This document shows positions 15,439 to 25,255 of a stretch of 32,000 nucleotides of DNA, piece after piece. The stretch is from Candidatus Lokiarchaeum ossiferum (GTDB lineage: Archaea; Asgardarchaeota; Lokiarchaeia; Sigyniarchaeales; Promethearchaeaceae): NCBI GenBank assembly GCA_025839675.1, contig CP104013.1, positions 990,001-1,022,000 of the forward strand, given 5' to 3'. Within the stretch, counting starts at the first letter, position 1, and every line of letters starts with the position of its first letter. The translations under genes and the position numbers were made by a program. The notes under the pieces were generated by a model. It did not search any database, was not told the origin of the DNA, and worked only from the letters and a program-made list of their open reading frames with translations.

Positions 15439-16041
15439 ATGAAGCAAGATAAGCGAAAACTCATTTTAACTGCGGCTGAACAGTGTTTTGCCAAGTATGG
15501 TTATAAAAAAACCACTATGGAAGATATTAGTCATATTGTTGGCCTCAGTAAGGCTGCAATGTATTACTATTTTAATAATAAAGGTGAAATTTATATTACT
15601 ATAGTTACTGATGCTTATAGAACCCTCGTAAGAGAATTAAGGGAAGAAATTGAAAAAGATCTATCTTGTGACAAAAAAATTATCAAATATTTTCAAAAAC
15701 GGCTTGAATGGCTCTATAAGCAATCGTATATTCTTACTCAAATCACCCAAGATGAATTAATTGCATTTAATAATTTCGGAGGAGGAATAGTTGAAGAAAT
15801 TGGGATGGAAGAACGAAAAATTTTGATGAAGGTTCTTCAAAAGTGTATAAATGACAGTATTTTCAGAAAATTTGATGTAGAAAAAGTATCAAACTATCTC
15901 TTTATTTTAGTAGATGGAATATATAATTTTTATCAACCATCAACGAGTATGGAAATTATGACTCAAGAAAGAAATGAAGTAATCAAAAACGACATATCAA
16001 CAGCACTTCAACTTTTTATTCGAGGAATGAAACCAGATTGA
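15439..16041 (+). CDS. TetR/AcrR family transcriptional regulator
   Basis: N-terminal HTH pattern ILTAAEQCFAKYGYKKTTMEDISHIVGLSKAAMYYYFNNKGEIY. 200 aa. Confidence 0.85.
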   Translation: MKQDKRKLILTAAEQCFAKYGYKKTTMEDISHIVGLSKAAMYYYFNNKGEIYITIVTDAYRTLVRELREEIEKDLSCDKKIIKYFQKRLEWLYKQSYILTQITQDELIAFNNFGGGIVEEIGMEERKILMKVLQKCINDSIFRKFDVEKVSNYLFILVDGIYNFYQPSTSMEIMTQERNEVIKNDISTALQLFIRGMKPD

Positions 16042-16140
16042 TATACGAAATTTTTATTAAAAATTTGCTATGGATCTAAAGGAAAAACTTGATTATCGTA
16101 AATATTATTCAACTAAATAATAGGTTATTGATGTTCAGAT

Positions 16141-16158
16141 ATTGATATCATAATCAAT
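16141..16158. promoter_or_regulatory. Inverted repeat ATTGAT-N6-ATCAAT upstream of glpA
   Basis: ATTGATATCATAATCAAT lies at 16141-16158, 63-80 nt upstream of the glpA ATG. ATTGATGTT at 16127-16135 is a further half-site-like copy. It shares the TTGATAT core with the sites at 20430-20557. Confidence 0.3.
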
Positions 16159-16220
16159 TCATATTAAAAAAATAAGTATTAAATGAATTATAAATAAAGT
16201 ATCAATAACGTGAAAATTCC

Positions 16221-17870
16221 ATGCAAGATAAATTAAATTATAATGCAATAATTATAGGAGGGGGTGCAACTGGGGCAGGAATCGCGAGGGATCTATCATT
16301 GCGAGGGCTCAAAGTAATTGTATTTGAAAAAAAGGACATTGCAGAAGGAACTACAGGAAGATGTCATGGTTTATTACATTCAGGTGCTAGATATGTTAAA
16401 AGTGATCCAGTTGCGGCAAAAGAATGTTCAAAGGAAAACAAAATTTTAAAGAATATAGCCCCCCATATAATAGATCCTTGCAATGGTTATTTTGTGGGAT
16501 TTGAAGGCGATGATCCTGATTATATAAAACATTTTCCACAATATTGCCTTGAATCAGGGGTTGAGTGTGAGGAAATTTCATTATCAACATTTAAAACTTT
16601 AGAACCAGAATGTAGTGATGAGATTATCAAAGTATATAAAGTTTCAGATGCTTATATCGATCCTTTCTTATTAACGTATTACAATATATTAGATGCTGAA
16701 AAACATGGAGCGAAAATTCATCCATACACGAAGGTTATTGATATTGTTAGAGATAAACAGAAAATAATTGGTGTCAAGACCAAAAATATGCAAAATGGGG
16801 AAGTCCAAAATTATTATGGGGAGATTATAGTCAATGCTACTGGACCATGGGCCAATGAAATTGAAGAAAAATTACATGTTTCAGAACCTTTACAACTAAT
16901 TCCCATGATGGGCACCCTTATTATATATGATAAACGATTGGTAAATTCCGTTATTAATCGATTAGTATATCCGAAAGATGGTGATATAATTGTTCCATCA
17001 CATCAATCCATAATAGTTGGAACAACGTCTATTCAAGTTAAATCAAATGACATTGATTCTGTTAGCCCTACAGATTCGGAAATTCAACAGTTAAAGGATG
17101 CGGGAGCTAAATTAATTCCTAAATTAGAAAAATCTCGCATGTTGCGGTACTATTCTGGAGTGCGACCTTTAGTTAAACTAGACCAAACAAAAAAGAAAGA
17201 AAGAGAGCGAGAACTTTCAAATATCTCTCGAAAATATGTTATTGTGGATTATGAAGAACAAGGATTTCCGGGTTTGATTACTGTTTTTGGGGGAAAAATG
17301 ACCACTTACCGATTAATGGCCGAAGAAATTTCAAATTTGGTTTGTTCAAAACTTGGAAATACTTCAAAATGCATTACTCATGAAAAAATACTACCTGGCG
17401 GGAAAAATAGTTACTCGAAGATAGAATTGAAAACACTATTAGAAACTGATGACAAAAATGCTTTTGATATAAGTTTAAAATGGGGCTCTTTCATAGAAGA
17501 AATGACCGAAATCTGCCAAGAATGTTTGAATGGCAAATGGAAAATTATCAACGATCGTATTATTTGTAAATGTGAATCAGTGTCTGAATCAGAAATCCGC
17601 TGGGTTAAAGAAAATCTTCATGTATCGCGAATCGATGACTACAGAAGAAGAACACGGCAAGGAATGGGAAGATGTCAAGGGCAATTTTGTCTTTTTAAAA
17701 TTGCAGATATCGAAACTCAATTGACTACAAAATCCCATGCTCAAATTATCGAAGAATTAAAAGAGGCACTATTCAAGCGCTGGAAAACGGAACAGTGGTC
17801 TGATCAAAATATGAAAAGGCAAATAAAATTATCAAAATTTATGTATCTCTTTGGAGGGGGATTAAATTGA
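16221..17870 (+). CDS. glpA: Anaerobic glycerol-3-phosphate dehydrogenase subunit A-like FAD oxidoreductase with a BFD-like [2Fe-2S] domain
   Basis: FAD dinucleotide motif IIIGGGATGAGIARDLSLRGLKV. C-terminal Cys motifs CKCESVSESEI ... GMGRCQGQFC, typical of the BFD-like domain of GlpA. 549 aa. Confidence 0.8.
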   Translation: MQDKLNYNAIIIGGGATGAGIARDLSLRGLKVIVFEKKDIAEGTTGRCHGLLHSGARYVKSDPVAAKECSKENKILKNIAPHIIDPCNGYFVGFEGDDPDYIKHFPQYCLESGVECEEISLSTFKTLEPECSDEIIKVYKVSDAYIDPFLLTYYNILDAEKHGAKIHPYTKVIDIVRDKQKIIGVKTKNMQNGEVQNYYGEIIVNATGPWANEIEEKLHVSEPLQLIPMMGTLIIYDKRLVNSVINRLVYPKDGDIIVPSHQSIIVGTTSIQVKSNDIDSVSPTDSEIQQLKDAGAKLIPKLEKSRMLRYYSGVRPLVKLDQTKKKERERELSNISRKYVIVDYEEQGFPGLITVFGGKMTTYRLMAEEISNLVCSKLGNTSKCITHEKILPGGKNSYSKIELKTLLETDDKNAFDISLKWGSFIEEMTEICQECLNGKWKIINDRIICKCESVSESEIRWVKENLHVSRIDDYRRRTRQGMGRCQGQFCLFKIADIETQLTTKSHAQIIEELKEALFKRWKTEQWSDQNMKRQIKLSKFMYLFGGGLN

Positions 17871-19186
17871 ATCAAAATTTAAAACCTTCAAACACCATTG
17901 AAAAAGACTGTGATGTTTGTATCATTGGGGATGGATTTGCAGGGTTAAATACGGCACGTTTAATGGTTAAGGGTAACTTCAAAACAAATATTGTATCATT
18001 AGGAACGGGAGCATCAAATTTTTGGCTTGGTTCTGTGAATATTTTAAAATCAATTGATAATTCCAAGGGATTTAATTTCAATTCATTTATTAAAAATAAC
18101 CCAAAACATCCATTTCAATTTACCAATTCTGAATTGATCCAAGAAGCCTTAAAGGAATTCTACTCAGAGATGTCAGAATTGACTCCATTTAGAAATGAAG
18201 ATTCAAAATTTACAAACAAACATATTTTAAGTCCATTTGGAACAATGAAGCAAACGAATGGAAAATGGAACTCAATATTTAGCGATTTCAAAAATCTGAA
18301 AGAAAATGCGGAAGTTTATTTAGTAGATTTCAAAGAATTTGATCTTTCTTCAATGAATTTAGTTGCTAAAGGACTTATGGAAAAATTTAAGGGCGACTAT
18401 CAAGTGATTGAAGTTTCATTGAAAGAAGTATTTGAAAAAATCAAACCTAATTTCTTCACAAAATCGTATTCGGCCTTTTTATCGCCAAAGATGGTTGCAA
18501 ATTTTTTCGATTCCAATAAAGAAAATATGGATCCGTTAATTGATATAATTCGGCCGCTCATCTATAAAAAAGAGCCTACAACAATAGATCCTATAAGGAT
18601 AATCTTATTTCCACCAATAATGGGCTTACTCCATAATGATCTAATATTAAAAAATATTTCATTAAAACTTGATTGCCAGACCTATGAATTAATTTCTTTA
18701 ACCCCTTCAATAATTGCAGAGCGATTAAATCTATCTTTTAAAAAAAGAATTGATAATAAGAATTCGTTGATTAAGATGGATAAAGGATACGCCTTAAAAA
18801 CATTAATTAAGACAGATGAGGGATTCAATTGTGTCTTTGAGAACAAAAAGCATGAAAACATGATGATCCATTCAAAATATGTGATTATTGCTTGTGGTTC
18901 CATTTTTGCTGAAGGGCAATTCAAACTTTTTATAGAAAACTCACTACCGAATGAAAGCGATGTTCAAGATCTCATTCTATCCAAAAATTTTGAATTAGTT
19001 AGCACAGAAGTTTCAAAAGATGCAACTTCTTTTATGGATACCGGAAAAATTTTTGCAGCAGGAAGTTCTATCTTTTTGTTTTCCCCCGAGATCACAGACG
19101 ACGATGAAATTCTAAATGAAACCGGAATGGGAACGGTAATAATCCCCGCTTATCAAATATTTAAGGAATTGACGAAAATAGAATAA
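17867..19186 (+). CDS. glpB: Anaerobic glycerol-3-phosphate dehydrogenase subunit B-like protein
   Basis: N-terminal DVCIIGDGFAGLNTA ... GTGASNFWLGSVNIL resembles E. coli GlpB (GGGLAGL ... SALHFSSGSLDLL). The TTG start overlaps the glpA stop (TTGA). 439 aa. Confidence 0.65.
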   Translation: MNQNLKPSNTIEKDCDVCIIGDGFAGLNTARLMVKGNFKTNIVSLGTGASNFWLGSVNILKSIDNSKGFNFNSFIKNNPKHPFQFTNSELIQEALKEFYSEMSELTPFRNEDSKFTNKHILSPFGTMKQTNGKWNSIFSDFKNLKENAEVYLVDFKEFDLSSMNLVAKGLMEKFKGDYQVIEVSLKEVFEKIKPNFFTKSYSAFLSPKMVANFFDSNKENMDPLIDIIRPLIYKKEPTTIDPIRIILFPPIMGLLHNDLILKNISLKLDCQTYELISLTPSIIAERLNLSFKKRIDNKNSLIKMDKGYALKTLIKTDEGFNCVFENKKHENMMIHSKYVIIACGSIFAEGQFKLFIENSLPNESDVQDLILSKNFELVSTEVSKDATSFMDTGKIFAAGSSIFLFSPEITDDDEILNETGMGTVIIPAYQIFKELTKIE

Positions 19187-19231
19187 AAGTGACGAATTAG
19201 AATTCTATGGTATTTTTTAAAACGCTTATCT

Positions 19232-20365
19232 TCAATTTCTATTAAGGTGATTTGAGGATTTACGAATGAGCAATCTACCTTTAATTTTTTTTTCGCACAT
19301 CTTGGAATCGGGATTTTTTATAAGATTGAACAATATTAAAGCAGCTTGATGTCCAATTTCGTACGTAGGTTGTGAAACTGTTGTAAGAGGGATTGGAAGA
19401 TGTGCGGCGAACACGCGATCATCAAACCCTATTACGGAAAAATCTCTCGGAATTGAAATTCCCCTTTCTAATCCTATTTTTATAACTAATTCCGCGATAG
19501 AATCGTTTACTGCAGCAATTGCAGTTGGACGTTTTGATTGTGGTATGTCCAGTAATAGATCAAATAAATAATTAATGGCTCGATGTTCAATATCTAAATC
19601 GGGTTTATAATCTGAAGGTATGTTTGCAATATCTTCTTGAAAATATAGATGTTTGTCCAATAATGGTACTTTATGATCGATATGAGCTTTGCAAAAGCCC
19701 TCATACCTTTCTAGCTCGGATGAAATTGAATATACAGATGTTCCTACAAAAATTATTTTCGAATGTCCTAATTCTAACAAGTGATTTGTGATCTCATAAT
19801 ATCCCGAATGGTTATCAGTCCAAATAATTGGAAAATCGAGTCCGGAAATTTTCCGATCTATTAAAACTAATGGAAATTTCTGGATGAGTAAACTACTATA
19901 TAATTCCATGTTGATTGGAGAATCTGAGGGATATAATATAATGCCCTTAGAACCACGTTTAATAAGATCTAAAATTACTTTTTTTTCCGAATCAAGATTT
20001 GCGGTGGTTTGGTGAAATGTAACAAAGTAGTTTTGAGTTTTTGCCACATCTTCAATACCCTTCAAGAAATTTTGTTTAAAATTCTCATCATATGGGAGAA
20101 CTAAGGATATGATATCAGGTGAAGAAGATGCTGTGACGAGGCTTTCACCGTAATTCTTGGCATATGATCCACTTCCTTGTATTTTCTTGATAAATCCATC
20201 TTGTTCAAGATCATTCAGCGCCCTAATTACAGTAATTCGACTTACTTTGAACTTTTTTGCAATTTCCATCTCAGTAGGTAATTTTTCCTCAGAGGCAATA
20301 ATTTTCGCAAGAATTTGTTCCTTATAAAATTCGTAGATTATTTCATATTTAGGTTTCTTGGACAT
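19232..20365 (-). CDS. AraR-like chimeric regulator: GntR-type wHTH plus a LacI/GalR-type (PBP1) sugar-binding domain
   Basis: N-terminal GntR pattern (KLPTEMEIAKKFKVSRITVIRALNDLEQDGFIKKIQGSGSYA). It is followed by a LacI-type periplasmic-binding fold (ISLVLP.., GIILYPS, IIFVG, AIAAVNDSIA, VIGFDD). I placed the start at ATG 20365. A GTG at 20374 is the ORF-track start. Confidence 0.8.
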   Translation of the reverse strand: MSKKPKYEIIYEFYKEQILAKIIASEEKLPTEMEIAKKFKVSRITVIRALNDLEQDGFIKKIQGSGSYAKNYGESLVTASSSPDIISLVLPYDENFKQNFLKGIEDVAKTQNYFVTFHQTTANLDSEKKVILDLIKRGSKGIILYPSDSPINMELYSSLLIQKFPLVLIDRKISGLDFPIIWTDNHSGYYEITNHLLELGHSKIIFVGTSVYSISSELERYEGFCKAHIDHKVPLLDKHLYFQEDIANIPSDYKPDLDIEHRAINYLFDLLLDIPQSKRPTAIAAVNDSIAELVIKIGLERGISIPRDFSVIGFDDRVFAAHLPIPLTTVSQPTYEIGHQAALILFNLIKNPDSKMCEKKIKGRLLIRKSSNHLNRN

Positions 20366-20429
20366 TATTAGCACATCCTTTGAGATTTTAATTTAAAATG
20401 CAAATAAAGTAATTTAACAAGCTATATAA

Positions 20430-20445
20430 ATTTGATATATCAAAT
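20430..20445. promoter_or_regulatory. Perfect 16-bp palindrome ATTTGATATATCAAAT in the regulator / GH38 divergent promoter, a candidate AraR-like operator
   Basis: ATTTGATA and TATCAAAT are exact reverse complements. The site lies 65-80 nt upstream of the regulator start, next to the TATA-like GCTATATAAA (20421-20430). Confidence 0.5.
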
Positions 20446-20508
20446 ACGTTTTGAAAAGTCAAAATAATGGACTATAACTGTGCTAAGTGGAACAAAAGAA
20501 AAACATAT

Positions 20509-20527
20509 ATATGTTGATATAACATAT
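20509..20527. promoter_or_regulatory. Second operator-like palindrome ATATGTT-GATAT-AACATAT
   Basis: 7-bp arms at 20509-20515 and 20521-20527. Contains GTTGATATAAC, related to the TTGATATATCAA core. Confidence 0.35.
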
Positions 20528-20544
20528 TAATTAATATTTCAGAA

Positions 20545-20557
20545 GTTGATATATCTA
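20545..20557. promoter_or_regulatory. Third TTGATATATC site just upstream of the GH38 start
   Basis: GTTGATATATCTA lies at 20545-20557, 23 nt upstream of ATG 20580. Confidence 0.3.
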
Positions 20558-20579
20558 ATTTAATCAGTTGAAAAAAATA

Positions 20580-23500
20580 ATGATCAAAAAAGAAATTTAT
20601 CTCGTTCCATATGCACACTTAGACACCCAGTGGCGTTGGGAATATCCAACTACCATCAAAAAATATATTAAGAACACCATTGAAGAGAATTTGGAGTTAT
20701 ACAATAAATATCCTGAACATAGTTTCAACTTTACTGGTGCTATTCGCTATTCCATGATGAAAGAATATTACCCGGAGAAATTTGCAAAGATCAAGCAACT
20801 TATTGCCGACGGACGCTGGCATATAGCTGGAACTTGTCTTGATGAAACCGATGCATTGGTTCCTTCTGTTGAATCCATGATCAGGAATATTCTATATGGT
20901 GACCGTTGGGTTAGGAAAGAATTTGGAAAAACAAGTAAAGATTATATGATCCCAGATTGTTTTGGATTTCCTGCGAATATGCCGAGTGTTTTAACCCATT
21001 GTGGAATTCAAGGGTTTTCGAGTCAAAAATTGACTTGGAATTCAGCAGTTGGAATACCCTTTGAAATTGGTATTTGGAAAGGTCCAGATGGTGCGGAATT
21101 AGTAAGTGCATTAAACCCAAGAGCATATGTATCTCAACTTTTCCGGATGGTTCAACACAATAAGAAACGATTAGCTCATCTCCAAAGATTAGGATTAAAA
21201 AACGGGATATGGAAATCCTTTCAATACTATGGTGTTGGCGATATTGGTGGAGCCCCTAAAGAAGCATCTGTCAGAAATGCAATAAAAAGTATGAAAGCAT
21301 CAACTGATGAATTAACTGTAAGACAAGGAGCAGCAGATCAATTTTTCATTGAGATTACTGAACAAGAAAAGCAAAAAATGGATGAATATACCGGAGATCT
21401 CTTACTGATCAATCATAGTGCGGGGACACTTACCTCAGCTGCAATTATGAAACGGTGGAATCGAAAAAACGAACAACTTGCTTTTGCTGCAGAAACTGCT
21501 GCAATATCTGGAACTCTCGTAGCGGGAGCAGTTTATCCCGCTGAAAAAATTAGATCTGCATGGCATCGCATGATTGGTAATCAAATGCACGATATTTTAC
21601 CCGGAACTTGCACCCCAACAGCGTATTTATATTCACAAAACGATGAAGTCGTTGCTTTAAACACTTGGACGTCTGTTTTAGAAGATGCAGCAACTGCAAT
21701 AGCGCCTTATATTCCAGGAGATGGATCAATTCTGTTATTCAATCCTCTTGGTGAATCCCGAAATGAGGCTGTTGAAGTTGGAATTGACCTTCCTGAACAA
21801 ATTTCAAGCGTTAATATTTCAATATATGATTCAGAGGGTACTTCCTTTCCTGCTCAGTTCAAAAAGTATGAAAATGGAAAATGTTCTGCCATTTTCTCCC
21901 CAAAATTACCTCCTTTCAGCTGGAAAAGATATTCTTTTGATATCAATGAAACTAATTCAAACACCAATAATTATAATTCAATTCGAATTGAGACCACAAA
22001 AGAACAATTTTGCTTGGAAAATACATTTTATCGAGTACAAGTCACTCATAAGGGTAAAATTGAATCTATCTTCCATAAAAAGCTGGAAAAAGAACTTTTG
22101 AAAAAACCTCTGGCTTATGAATTTCAGAAAGAAAAGCCGAGAGCATTTCCATCTTGGAATATGGATTGGAATGACCGAAAAAAACCCCCTTATCAGAGAA
22201 TTGAAGCTGGAGACACAGTTTCTATATTAGAGAATGGTCCTATTCGATGTACACTCCAAATTACAACTAATTTTAATAAATCTGTATTTGTAAAAGAAAT
22301 TTCTCTGAGTCAAGATTCGGAAGTTGTCGAATTTACTGAGCGTATCAAGTGGAGAGAACTGGGTTGTTCTTGTAAATTTGCTCTTACAAGTAATATAGAA
22401 AATTCTGAAGTAACCTATAATTGGGAAACATCTCGAATCAAACGAGGTCTCAATAATCCGAAATTATATGAAATGCCTTCTAGGCTATGGGTAGACGTGA
22501 GCGATCAAGATTGGGGAATATCCTTAATGGAAGATTCTAAATTTGGGTATGATCATCCTGCGGATGACACATTGCGAATGACGTTGATCTACACCCCAAG
22601 CACCCGTCTATTTAATGGATTTCGAGATCAAAAATATCACGATTGGGGAGAACACGTGATAAGATATGGTATTTATGGCCATAAGGGAGATTTTAGATCA
22701 ACAGACATTATGGCTCGTAGTTTTAACCAGCCAATTCGTTCATTTGCTATAAAAGACGAGATCTCATCTTATAAAAAAGATGAATTTTCTTTATTAGAGG
22801 TTTCATCGAAACAAATTGGAATAACTGCTGTAAAAAAATCCGAAGATAGTGATGGGATCATCATTCGCTTGTATGAACGATTTGGAAAAGAAGCGAATGC
22901 AACAATAAGTATTACATTCCCAACTTTAAAAATTGCTTCTGTTTGGGAAGTAGATGGTCTTGAAGAAAAGATTCGTAATACCGATCACACAAAAACCTCG
23001 TTCAAAGTACAAGTCCCCGCGAATGGTATTCGTTCATATCATCTAATCCTTCAAAATGATCAAAAATCTCCGAAAATATTGCAAAGTGTGGTAAATCTTG
23101 ACTACAATTATCGAATGATTAGTAAAAATCATGAAGTACAAGGGTTATATCCAAATGAATTAGTTCCATCTCACATCCAGGCGGGAAATATATTATATCA
23201 GTTAGTGAAGGAAAAAAACTTAAATTCAGTGCGATGCAAAGGACAGGTAATTTCTCTTCCTCATGAATACAATACCCTTTCAATTTTAATTGCTGCAGAA
23301 GAAGAATGCAAAGGAACTTTTACATGGAGAAATTCGAAGGGAGAAGATTTTCAATCAACAATATCTTCAATCCCATCAATGACCAAAAAAGTAGGTTTGT
23401 GGGATACCCGGATATGGAAGAACCCTCCAAAACACTCCAAAAAATTCAAACGAGACTATATTTGGTATAATAAATGTATTGGAGTTGAACCGGGTTTTAT

Positions 23501-23726
23501 CAATCGAAATCGCTTGGAATGGTATTCGACTCATACTCACCAAAATGGAGAAGATCAATACTATCAGTACGGTTATATGTATTCTAAAAAACTTGATATA
23601 CCTACAGATGCTCAACAACTCATTCTTCCAGATGATGGACGCATCTTTATCTTTGCAATCACTGCATCTAATCAAATTGTACGAGTAAATAGCACCCAGA
23701 AACTCAATGATTCTTATGATTTTTAG
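20580..23726 (+). CDS. GH38 alpha-mannosidase (large, apparently cytoplasmic)
   Basis: The N-terminal metal-site motif VPYAHLDTQWRW and the nucleophile-region motif MIPDCFGFP (DxFG) are present. The length is about 1050 aa and there is no signal peptide. ATG is at 20580, and the ORF track starts at TTG 20568. Confidence 0.9.
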   Translation: MIKKEIYLVPYAHLDTQWRWEYPTTIKKYIKNTIEENLELYNKYPEHSFNFTGAIRYSMMKEYYPEKFAKIKQLIADGRWHIAGTCLDETDALVPSVESMIRNILYGDRWVRKEFGKTSKDYMIPDCFGFPANMPSVLTHCGIQGFSSQKLTWNSAVGIPFEIGIWKGPDGAELVSALNPRAYVSQLFRMVQHNKKRLAHLQRLGLKNGIWKSFQYYGVGDIGGAPKEASVRNAIKSMKASTDELTVRQGAADQFFIEITEQEKQKMDEYTGDLLLINHSAGTLTSAAIMKRWNRKNEQLAFAAETAAISGTLVAGAVYPAEKIRSAWHRMIGNQMHDILPGTCTPTAYLYSQNDEVVALNTWTSVLEDAATAIAPYIPGDGSILLFNPLGESRNEAVEVGIDLPEQISSVNISIYDSEGTSFPAQFKKYENGKCSAIFSPKLPPFSWKRYSFDINETNSNTNNYNSIRIETTKEQFCLENTFYRVQVTHKGKIESIFHKKLEKELLKKPLAYEFQKEKPRAFPSWNMDWNDRKKPPYQRIEAGDTVSILENGPIRCTLQITTNFNKSVFVKEISLSQDSEVVEFTERIKWRELGCSCKFALTSNIENSEVTYNWETSRIKRGLNNPKLYEMPSRLWVDVSDQDWGISLMEDSKFGYDHPADDTLRMTLIYTPSTRLFNGFRDQKYHDWGEHVIRYGIYGHKGDFRSTDIMARSFNQPIRSFAIKDEISSYKKDEFSLLEVSSKQIGITAVKKSEDSDGIIIRLYERFGKEANATISITFPTLKIASVWEVDGLEEKIRNTDHTKTSFKVQVPANGIRSYHLILQNDQKSPKILQSVVNLDYNYRMISKNHEVQGLYPNELVPSHIQAGNILYQLVKEKNLNSVRCKGQVISLPHEYNTLSILIAAEEECKGTFTWRNSKGEDFQSTISSIPSMTKKVGLWDTRIWKNPPKHSKKFKRDYIWYNKCIGVEPGFINRNRLEWYSTHTHQNGEDQYYQYGYMYSKKLDIPTDAQQLILPDDGRIFIFAITASNQIVRVNSTQKLNDSYDF

Positions 23727-23800
23727 TTTTCTGGTTTTTAAAGATATTTTTTTCTAAAACAAAATAAGTATAAACAAAAACATTAAAAAAGTGAAAAACT

Positions 23801-25225
23801 ATGACATCCAATACAGTAATGGAAATTTCTGAAGTTATTCCAAGGAATAAAGAGTATCGGAAACAAATTTTGAATTATATTACAATAAAGATCCCTTTTG
23901 GGCTTATTCCAGGAGTATTTTCTATGATATATATTTATTTCTTCTGGGATTATCTGGGCTTAAATCAAACTCTGTATAACATTGCAATGATTATCTATGC
24001 TTTGTTTAATGCTCTAAATGATCCTCTCTTGGGTCAATGGAGTGATCGGATAGATATCAAAAAATGGGGATCCCGAAGATTGATTTTCATCAAATATGGT
24101 GGACCATTGTGGGCCATTATTTTCTTTTTTATGTGGTTCCCGTGGAGTTATGATAATCAAATCATTATTTTCCTCCATTTCGTTATTGCTTTGTTCTTTT
24201 TTGATAACATGCTCTCCTTAGTAATCATCGTATGGGATGCATTATTGCCAGAAATTGCAGAAACATATGAAGATCGCAACAAAATCTTCTTTTGGGCAGG
24301 AATTATTGGGACGATTGCAAGTATTCCGGTTCTTTTTTCAATCACCTTGGTGCAAAATAACCCCATTGGTTTTCGGATATTTACTGGAGTGATTGCTATT
24401 CTTTCTATAATTATTTTTTATGTTACTGCGTCAAATTTAAAGGAAAAACCCGAATATCACCAAGAAAATAATACCCCGGGAGTGATTCAATCTTTAATTC
24501 AATGTTTCAAATCCCGCGGGTTTGTAATCTTTACCTTGTATAGATTTTTCCGTGTTATTACCGAGACAATGCTTTTTTCATTTATTTTTATCTATTCCCT
24601 TCTCTTTCCTACGGGATGGGAAACAATTCTCTTAGTCGCTTTAACAATTGCAGGGATGTTGGGAAGTTGGATCTTTGTGAAATTATCGGAAAAATATGAA
24701 ATGCAATCTCTAATTATGTGGGGAAGATTTCTGGAAATCTTGATCTCTATAACAGCATTCTTTTTTAGTATTCAGGCAGGATTGGATATTATTTGGTATT
24801 CATTATTTTTTATAAAACTCGTGTTGGGAGGCTATATTGTTTTTATGAATCCATATATTTATCTGGTTGCAGATGAAGATGAAATCAAATATGATACTCG
24901 GCGTGAAGGAATGTTTCTAGGAACAAATGCAATCTTCAACAAAATTGCTGAAAGTCTGGGTCCAATTATTGCTGTTGGTATTTTGGTGGCTTTTGGTTAT
25001 TTGAACAATGCTCCTGAAGGCTATATCCCTTCTGAACAAGCGTTCTTTGGTATAAAATTTTTACTTTTAATTATGCCATGCATATTTGACCTCTTAGGTA
25101 TGATAGTCTTACATTTCTATCCAATCAAAGGAGAAAGACTGAAAGAATTACAAGAAAAAATTCATTTATTGCATGAAAAGAAGAAAAAAGAGTATCTGGT
25201 TAAGCAATCAGAGGAAGTTATATAA
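23801..25225 (+). CDS. MFS transporter of the glycoside-pentoside-hexuronide (GPH):cation symporter type
   Basis: About 12 hydrophobic helices. The loop 2-3 motif NALNDPLLGQWSDR matches the GPH signature (D-P-x-x-G-x-x-S-D-R). Confidence 0.8.
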   Translation: MTSNTVMEISEVIPRNKEYRKQILNYITIKIPFGLIPGVFSMIYIYFFWDYLGLNQTLYNIAMIIYALFNALNDPLLGQWSDRIDIKKWGSRRLIFIKYGGPLWAIIFFFMWFPWSYDNQIIIFLHFVIALFFFDNMLSLVIIVWDALLPEIAETYEDRNKIFFWAGIIGTIASIPVLFSITLVQNNPIGFRIFTGVIAILSIIIFYVTASNLKEKPEYHQENNTPGVIQSLIQCFKSRGFVIFTLYRFFRVITETMLFSFIFIYSLLFPTGWETILLVALTIAGMLGSWIFVKLSEKYEMQSLIMWGRFLEILISITAFFFSIQAGLDIIWYSLFFIKLVLGGYIVFMNPYIYLVADEDEIKYDTRREGMFLGTNAIFNKIAESLGPIIAVGILVAFGYLNNAPEGYIPSEQAFFGIKFLLLIMPCIFDLLGMIVLHFYPIKGERLKELQEKIHLLHEKKKKEYLVKQSEEVI

Positions 25226-25255
25226 GCAATTGGAAAGGAGAGAGAGATAAGGACG

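Noticed and set aside
19187-19231. A glpC gene or remnant might lie downstream of glpB.
   Set aside because: Only 45 nt separate glpB from the convergent regulator gene. No Cys-rich ORF is present in any frame.
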